From positions 3,016,161 to 3,080,160 of the forward strand of contig OY839116.1 of the NCBI GenBank assembly GCA_963692775.1: 64,000 nucleotides of DNA. The letters are read 5' to 3'. Source of the stretch: Dehalococcoidia bacterium. GTDB lineage: Bacteria > Chloroflexota > Dehalococcoidia > UBA2979. Shown piece by piece: positions 58,191 through 64,000 of the stretch (the first letter of the stretch is position 1; every line of letters begins with the position of its first letter). Position numbers and translations under genes: made by a program. Under the pieces are notes generated by a model. The model was not told the origin of the DNA and made no database searches. It saw only the letters and a program-made list of their open reading frames with translations.

Positions 58191-58970
58191 GTGCCCCGAC
58201 CCGAGCACTACGACTCGGCCGCGTCCGCCGTCGCCGACATCCCGGACGGCGCCTCGATTCTCGTCGCCGGCTTCCACGCGGGCGTTCCCTGGAACCTGAT
58301 GCAAGCGTTCTGGGAGCAAGGCGCCAGGGATCTCGTCATGATCTCGACGACGGTGAACCGCCCGCTGCGCGACGAGGACGGCCGCGTGACGATCGCCGAC
58401 CTCGTGCTCGCGGGGCGCGTGCGCAAGGTGATCGCCTCGTTCACCGCCGCCCCGCACCCCTCGCAGCCGAACGCGGCGGAGGACGTCTTCCGGGCGGGCG
58501 GGGCGGAGGCGGAGCTGGTCCCGCAGGGCACGGTCGCCGAGCGCATCCGCGCGGGCGGCGCGGGCATCCCGGCCTTCTTCACCCCCGCCGGCGTCGGCAG
58601 CGCCTACGCCGAGGGCCGCGAGCAGCGCGAGTTCGACGGGCGGACGTACATCCTCGAGCGCGGCATCACCGCCGACTACGCTTTCGTGCGCGCGCAGCGC
58701 GCGGACGAGGCGGGGAACCTCGTCTACCGCCGCGCCGCGCGCAACTTCAACCCGATCATGGCCACCGCCGGCCGCTGCACGATCGCCGAGGTGGACGAGC
58801 CGATCCTGCCCGCGGGCTCGTTCGACCCCGACCAGGTGCACACGCCCGGCGTCTACGTTGCGCGCCTCGTGCACATCGCCGAGGGCCGCATCGAGGCGCC
58901 GCGCCGCACTCGCCGCAGCGGGCGCGAGCTGGACCTCGACGCGGACGACGAGACGGGAGACGCCTCGTGA
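58191..58970 (+). CDS. CoA-transferase subunit A (3-oxoacid / glutaconate CoA-transferase family I)
   Basis: Subunit-A-like sequence. GTG start; the listed ORF 5' extension overlaps prpD. Confidence 0.7.
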   Translation: MPRPEHYDSAASAVADIPDGASILVAGFHAGVPWNLMQAFWEQGARDLVMISTTVNRPLRDEDGRVTIADLVLAGRVRKVIASFTAAPHPSQPNAAEDVFRAGGAEAELVPQGTVAERIRAGGAGIPAFFTPAGVGSAYAEGREQREFDGRTYILERGITADYAFVRAQRADEAGNLVYRRAARNFNPIMATAGRCTIAEVDEPILPAGSFDPDQVHTPGVYVARLVHIAEGRIEAPRRTRRSGRELDLDADDETGDAS

Positions 58971-59650
58971 GTGGCGAGGTGAGGGAGCCGCTCAACCGCG
59001 AGCAGATCGCCGCCGTGCTCGCGGGTCGCCTCGAGCGCGACTGGATCGTGAACCTCGGCGTCGGCATCCCCGTGCTTGCCTGCGACTTCGTCGACCCCGA
59101 CGCGGGGATCGTGCTGTCCTCGGAGAACGGACTGATCGGCTACGGCTGGCACGCTCCGCGCGGGCACGAGGACCTCGACATCGTCTCGCCGGGCATGCAG
59201 TACGTCGTGCTGCAGCCGGGCGCGGCGATCGTCCACCACGCCGATGCCTTCGGCCTGATCCGCAGCGGGCGCGTCGATTGCTCCGTGCTCGGCGCCTACG
59301 AGGTCGCGGCGGACGGCTCGTTCGCGAACTGGACGCCGCACGCCGACGGGCGGACCGACCTCGGCGGCGTCGGCGGGGCGATGGACCTGACGCAGGGCGC
59401 GAAGCGCGTCTGGCTGGCGATGTTCCATACCACGCCCGAGGGCGCTCCGCGGCTCGTCGAGCGCTGCACGCTGCCGGTCACGGGCGGCCGTCCCGCCTCG
59501 CTGGTGGTGACGGACCTCGCCGTCATCGAGGTCGGCGAGCGCGGCTTCGAGCTGCTGGAGCACGCGCCCGGCTACAGCGTCGAGGACGTCCAGGCGGTGA
59601 CCGCCGCCCCGCTGTCCGTCTCGCCCTCGCTGCGTCCGATGCCGGTGTAG
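58967..59650 (+). CDS. CoA-transferase subunit B
   Basis: GTGA overlap with the subunit A gene. SENGLIGYG motif. Confidence 0.75.
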   Translation: MSGEVREPLNREQIAAVLAGRLERDWIVNLGVGIPVLACDFVDPDAGIVLSSENGLIGYGWHAPRGHEDLDIVSPGMQYVVLQPGAAIVHHADAFGLIRSGRVDCSVLGAYEVAADGSFANWTPHADGRTDLGGVGGAMDLTQGAKRVWLAMFHTTPEGAPRLVERCTLPVTGGRPASLVVTDLAVIEVGERGFELLEHAPGYSVEDVQAVTAAPLSVSPSLRPMPV

Positions 59651-59729
59651 GGGAGCGGGAACTCAGGGGATCCTTGCTTGACCGATGCTCCTTACAAAGA
59701 TAGGATACGCGTAAGGAAAAGGGTACGTC

Positions 59730-59978
59730 ATGTCCATGCTCGTACGCGTCACTTCGAAGCGCCAAGTTACCTTCCCAGCGCGTGTGCTGGATACGCTCGG
59801 TGTCAAACCGGGTGACCGACTGGAGATCAGGGAAGGCCCTGACGGGTTCACGATCCACCCCCGCCGGGTCGATCTCTCCAAGCTTGGCACGCTTCGCGAT
59901 CGCATAGACCCCGACCACCCGCCGCTCGATCTCGAGCAGGTGCGGAGCCAGCCCTATGACCCGGCGCTACGGGATTGA
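59730..59978 (+). CDS. vapB: AbrB/MazE-type antitoxin VapB
   Basis: SKRQVTFPARVLDTLGVKPGDRL. The promoter carries a CCTTAC...GTAAGG palindrome. Confidence 0.75.
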   Translation: MSMLVRVTSKRQVTFPARVLDTLGVKPGDRLEIREGPDGFTIHPRRVDLSKLGTLRDRIDPDHPPLDLEQVRSQPYDPALRD

Positions 59979-60354
59979 TACTTCAGTACTGATCCGCCTC
60001 ATCACGGGGCAGCCTGATGATGCCTTCGCTCATTGCGTTGAAAGAATGAGAGTCCTTATCGAGGAGGACGGCGCGGAGATCTTCGCCTCCAATCAGGTGG
60101 TGGGCGAGGCATACGTCACGACGCAACATCACTACGGACTGTCCGGCAACGAAGTCCGAGCCGCCCTCCTCGTGACATTTCAGAGTGGGTTGGTGGCCCC
60201 ACTACAGGGGCGGTCCGTTCTCGATGCGCTCGAGGCGTCCGGGAATCCTGGCCTGATGGACCGCCTGATAGCGGGCGACTACGCGAGTTCCGACCTCGAG
60301 GTGCTGACGCTGGATCGCAAGATGGCCAGGCTACCGGGCTCTACGAGGCTGTAG
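59956..60354 (+). CDS. vapC: PIN-domain toxin VapC
   Basis: GIDTSVLIRL PIN N-terminus. 23-nt overlap with vapB. Confidence 0.75.
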   Translation: MTRRYGIDTSVLIRLITGQPDDAFAHCVERMRVLIEEDGAEIFASNQVVGEAYVTTQHHYGLSGNEVRAALLVTFQSGLVAPLQGRSVLDALEASGNPGLMDRLIAGDYASSDLEVLTLDRKMARLPGSTRL

Positions 60355-60416
60355 TCCCCGTACTCCGGCCGCAGCCGACAAACCGGACTACGCTGGCCGC
60401 GAACGGGAGGCTGCCA

Positions 60417-60842
60417 ATGACCGACACCGAGGCGAACAAGGCGCTCGTGCGGCGCTTCTTCGAAGAGGTGATGAACGAGGGCCGCCTCGATCTCGTCGAT
60501 GAGATCTTCGCGCCGGAGTACGTGAACCGGCACGCCCATCCCGGCCAGCAGCCGGGGCCCGATGGCGTGCGCCAGTTGGTCACGAACGTGCGCCGCGCCT
60601 TCCCCGACCTCGTCGAGACCGTCGACGACCTCGTGGCCGAGGGCGACCGCGTCGGCCTGCGCCTGACGCTGCGCGGCACGCACCTGGGCGCGTTCCGCGG
60701 CGCCGAGGCGACCGGCAAGCGCGTCGAGGTGATGGGCATGGCGATCGTGCGCATCGAGGGCGAGCGGATCGCCGAGGGCTGGTTCTTCTTCGACCGCGAG
60801 GCGATGTGGGAACAGCTGGGCATCGACCCGCCGGCGCGGTAG
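60417..60842 (+). CDS. SnoaL-like / NTF2-fold (ester-cyclase-like) protein
   Basis: ANKALVRRFFEEVMNEGRLDLVDEIFAPEY. Confidence 0.7.
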   Translation: MTDTEANKALVRRFFEEVMNEGRLDLVDEIFAPEYVNRHAHPGQQPGPDGVRQLVTNVRRAFPDLVETVDDLVAEGDRVGLRLTLRGTHLGAFRGAEATGKRVEVMGMAIVRIEGERIAEGWFFFDREAMWEQLGIDPPAR

Positions 60843-60848
60843 GGGTGC

Positions 60849-60922
<74 letters not shown>

Positions 60923-61062
60923 GCGCCGCGCAACGCCCGCCGAGGCGGGCGCGTCACCTCGATCCTACCATCGGGCGACGCGGCAAGTGCATCGCCCGTT
61001 CGATCCTCTCGCCGTCCCGGCGGGGTATCCTCGCCGCGGGGCAGCGCCCGAGGGGAGACGCC

Positions 61063-61509
61063 ATGAGCGCGGACGACCGCCTGGAGATCATGGAAGTGGT
61101 CGCGCGCTACGCCTACGCGTGGGACGCGAAGGACGCGTCCGCCTACGCCGCCTGCTTCACCGAGGACGCCGAACTCGCGGTCCATACCCGCGGCCGCGAG
61201 GCGCCCGCCATCAGCGAGCGAGGCCGCGACGCGATCGAGACATGGGCGAGGCGCTCGCACAGCGGGGAGCTGGAAGGCATGCGCGAGCCCGATGCGGAGG
61301 AGCGTACGCGCCACGCACCGGGCGGCGTGGTCTTCGACGCCCTCGATGGCGACACGGCGCGGACGCGCGCAATGCTCTTCGAGACGCGGGTCAGCGGGGG
61401 CAGGTCCACGGCGGTCCCGCAGATCTCCGGCGTCTACACGGACGAATGGCGGCGCACGCCCGATGGCTGGCGGCTCTCGCGGCGCGTGCTGCACATGGAC
61501 CGCCAGTAG
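61063..61509 (+). CDS. NTF2-like (SnoaL/DUF4440-type) protein
   Basis: DRLEIMEVVARYAYAWDAKDASAYAACFTEDA. Confidence 0.65.
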   Translation: MSADDRLEIMEVVARYAYAWDAKDASAYAACFTEDAELAVHTRGREAPAISERGRDAIETWARRSHSGELEGMREPDAEERTRHAPGGVVFDALDGDTARTRAMLFETRVSGGRSTAVPQISGVYTDEWRRTPDGWRLSRRVLHMDRQ

Positions 61510-61543
61510 CGGCTGCGGGCGACGGCCGGGAGGGACGGGCACG

Positions 61544-62734
61544 ATGGGCTACCGACCGCGCCGGATGAAGTTCGGCATCTTCCTCGCGCCCTTCCACGAG
61601 CCCGGCGAGAACCCCACGCTCGCCATCGAGCGCGACGCGGCGCTGATCGAGGAGCTCGACCGCCTCGGCTACGACGAGGCGTGGATCGGCGAGCACCACA
61701 GCGTGGGCTGGGAGTTCATCCCGGACCCGGCGCTGTTCGCCGCCCACATGGCCGCGCGCACGAAGCAGATCAAGCTCGGCACCGGCGTCGTCAGCCTGCC
61801 GTACCACAACCCGCTGATGGTCGCCGACCGGATGATGTTCCTCGACCACCTCACGCGAGGGCGCGCGCTGTTCGGCGTGGGGCCGGGCGCGCTTGCCTCG
61901 GACGCCTACATGATGGGCATCGATCCCGCGACGCAGCGCACGCGCATGGTCGAGTCGCTGGACGCGATCCTGCCGCTGCTGCGCGGCGAGCACGTCACGA
62001 TGGAGACGGACTGGTTCAACCTGCGCGACGCGCACCTCCAGCTCGCGCCCTACCGCGAGGAGCACCTCCCGGTCTCCGTCGCGCACAGCCTCTCGCCCTC
62101 GGGGCCGCAGACGGCGGGGCGCTTCGGCATCGGGATGCTCTCGGTGGCCACGGCCGCGCCGGGCGGCATCGGCTCGCTGCAGGGCGCGTGGCAGTGGGCG
62201 CAGGAGGCGGCCGGGGAGCACGGCCAGGAGATCAGCCGCGACGACTGGCGCGTCACGATGTACTTCCACCTCGCCGACTCGAAGGAGGAGGCGCTGGCCC
62301 AGACCGCCGAGGCCTGCATCGCCTACAACCAGGGCTACACCGGCGCGCTCGGCGTGCGCTTCGCCGAGGGCGAGGACACGATCGAGGCGATGGTCGAGCG
62401 CGGCGGCGCGATCGTCGGCACGCCGGACGACGCGATCGAGGGCATCGAGCGGCTGCTCGAGCTCTCGGGCGGCTTCGGCGCGCTGCTCTGCTCGATGCGG
62501 GAGTTCGCGACGACCGAGCAGACGAAGCGCAGCTTCGAGCTGTTCGCGCGCCATGTGATGCCGCGCTTCCAGGGCCAGATCGAGCCGATCGAGGGCTCGC
62601 TCTCCTGGGCGCAGGAGAACATGCGCGAGCTGTTCGCCCCGCAGGCGGCAGCCCAGCGCAAGGCCTTCGAGGACGCCGGCATGGAGGCCCCCGCCCGCTC
62701 CCGCCGCCGCCCCGCCACCCCCTCGCAGCAGTAG
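61544..62734 (+). CDS. LLM-class flavin-dependent (luciferase-like) oxidoreductase
   Basis: MKFGIFLAPFH...GEHH. Start at the first ATG, which has a GGGAGGGA RBS. Confidence 0.8.
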   Translation: MGYRPRRMKFGIFLAPFHEPGENPTLAIERDAALIEELDRLGYDEAWIGEHHSVGWEFIPDPALFAAHMAARTKQIKLGTGVVSLPYHNPLMVADRMMFLDHLTRGRALFGVGPGALASDAYMMGIDPATQRTRMVESLDAILPLLRGEHVTMETDWFNLRDAHLQLAPYREEHLPVSVAHSLSPSGPQTAGRFGIGMLSVATAAPGGIGSLQGAWQWAQEAAGEHGQEISRDDWRVTMYFHLADSKEEALAQTAEACIAYNQGYTGALGVRFAEGEDTIEAMVERGGAIVGTPDDAIEGIERLLELSGGFGALLCSMREFATTEQTKRSFELFARHVMPRFQGQIEPIEGSLSWAQENMRELFAPQAAAQRKAFEDAGMEAPARSRRRPATPSQQ

Positions 62735-62932
62735 GGCTAGGCTCCGACACGCACGCGCGGCCTCATAGGCGGTAAGGCGGGGATGTTGTACTCGGCGTCG
62801 TCCCAGCAGACGACCGCTCTGTCGAGCGCGAAGATGGCTCAGGTGGCCCCGACCCGAGATTCGTCCCAGGATGTTACGTGGTAGAGTCGGCGCGGGGGTT
62901 GAGTAATCGGGCGAAGGGCAACCCTCGGATCG

Positions 62933-64000
62933 ATGCAGCGTTTCCTTCTCGACGCCAACGTCCTGATCCCGCTTGAGCCGACCAGCCCGGCAGACCTTGA
63001 GCCCGATACTCCGCTCGCGGTGGAGATCGTTCAGCGCGCCACCGAACTCGGCTTCCACCTTCTGGTCCATCCGGAGACGGTTCGGGAACTCGCCACCGAT
63101 CCGAATCCCGATCGCCGGATCACCCGGCAGGCTCTGTTGCTCAAGTATCGGGAACTCGAGGATCCGCCCGGCATCGAGAGGGTGGAGGGCGTTCTCGGGG
63201 CAGTGGATCGCCAGAGCAACGACTGGGTCGATCACCTCCTCCTCGCGGCCCTGCACGCGGACGCGGCCCACTACCTCGTCACCAACGACGATCAGATGCA
63301 TCGCAAGGCGCGTCGGCTGGACTTGCCCTCCGACCGCGTACTGACGATCGCCGATGCCCGGGCATTGCTCGGCACGCTGGTCAGCCGCCCTCAACCCCCG
63401 CCCCCGCAAGTCACTGCGCGGCCGCTCCACTCGCTGCGCGGCGCTGACCCCATCTTCCGTAGCTTGCGCGATGACTACCCCGACTTCGACGGTTGGTTCG
63501 CGAACGTCAGCCAGCAGGGTCGGCGAGCCTGGGTGATTGAGTCGCCAGAGGGCGGGTACGCAGGGATTTGCATCTGGAAAGCAGAAGACGATGAGTACCG
63601 GCTCGGCGGCAAGGTGATGAAGCTCTCCACCTTCAAGGTCTCGGAGGAACACCGGGGGCGACGCTATGGTGAACTGCTGCTCAAGACGGCCTTCAACGAA
63701 CTGCACGCCAACGGCTACAACCACGTCTGGCTGACGGTGTTCGAGCGCCACGCAGCGCTCATCACGATGCTTGAGGACTTCGGCTTCGAGCGGCGCCGGG
63801 ACGAGACGGATCTCGGCGAACTCGTGATGGTCAAGGGGCTGGCACCAACTGGTGGAGCGTCGCGCGACCACTTCGCTTACCACCGCGACTTTGGTCCTCC
63901 CGCCGTTGACCCTTCCCTGGGTGCGGGCGTGTACGTGATCCCCATCCAGCCTCGGTATCACGGTCGCCTGTTCCCTGACCACCCTCGCGAGCAGGCTCGC
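62933..64000 (+). CDS. PIN-domain / GNAT acetyltransferase fusion protein, 3'-truncated by the window edge
   Basis: Own translation MQRFLLDANVLIPLEP...YLVTNDD gives the PIN acidic residues, followed by a GNAT motif A RGRRYGELLLKTAF. The ORF is open to the window end, so it is absent from the track. The alternative-frame listed ORFs 62973..63344 and 63031..63219 are artefacts. Confidence 0.55.
   Translation, partial: MQRFLLDANVLIPLEPTSPADLEPDTPLAVEIVQRATELGFHLLVHPETVRELATDPNPDRRITRQALLLKYRELEDPPGIERVEGVLGAVDRQSNDWVDHLLLAALHADAAHYLVTNDDQMHRKARRLDLPSDRVLTIADARALLGTLVSRPQPPPPQVTARPLHSLRGADPIFRSLRDDYPDFDGWFANVSQQGRRAWVIESPEGGYAGICIWKAEDDEYRLGGKVMKLSTFKVSEEHRGRRYGELLLKTAFNELHANGYNHVWLTVFERHAALITMLEDFGFERRRDETDLGELVMVKGLAPTGGASRDHFAYHRDFGPPAVDPSLGAGVYVIPIQPRYHGRLFPDHPREQAR

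Overview
This is a 64-kb, high-GC (~70%) bacterial chromosomal segment. All calls below rest on reading the six-frame translations and the DNA by eye; no database search was run. Codon usage, lipoboxes and gene content fit a monoderm Actinomycetota- or Chloroflexota-like lineage, but the taxon cannot be fixed from the sequence alone.

The housekeeping backbone includes the TCA genes fumC, mdh and icd, a PccB/AccD-like carboxyltransferase, rplY, rlmN, fmt, secG, a yvcK-like gene, gatB, ilvA, tRNA-Leu(UAA) and tRNA-Cys(GCA). A large CoA-transferase, hydratase and PrpD catabolic cluster lies at 45.5-59.7 kb.

Several accessory islets are interleaved with the backbone; most have clearly lower GC:
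- a translationally coupled three-gene operon headed by a MORC-like GHKL ATPase, at the left edge (1-3678);
- a low-GC two-gene module (cytosolic protein plus 4-TM protein) between mdh and fumC (6396-7771);
- an LRR lipoprotein with a PT tandem repeat and a low-GC C-terminal domain, flanked by ~250-bp direct repeats from a partial duplication of a ProX-like substrate-binding protein gene (29962-33287);
- a candidate UGSC-motif selenoprotein with an in-frame TGA (37361-39031);
- a higBA module (39137-39757);
- a near-identical segmental duplication of an enoyl-CoA hydratase gene that left a gene remnant (39764-42542);
- a low-GC island carrying a coiled-coil/HARE-HTH-like protein tightly coupled to a second, unrelated 760-aa MORC-like GHKL ATPase (42579-45508), which I rate the best candidate for an undescribed defence or restriction-like system;
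- a vapBC module and a SnoaL-like gene abutting the 3' end of tRNA-Cys (59651-60922);
- a PIN-GNAT fusion gene running off the right edge (62933-64000).

No CRISPR array, transposase or integrase was recognised.
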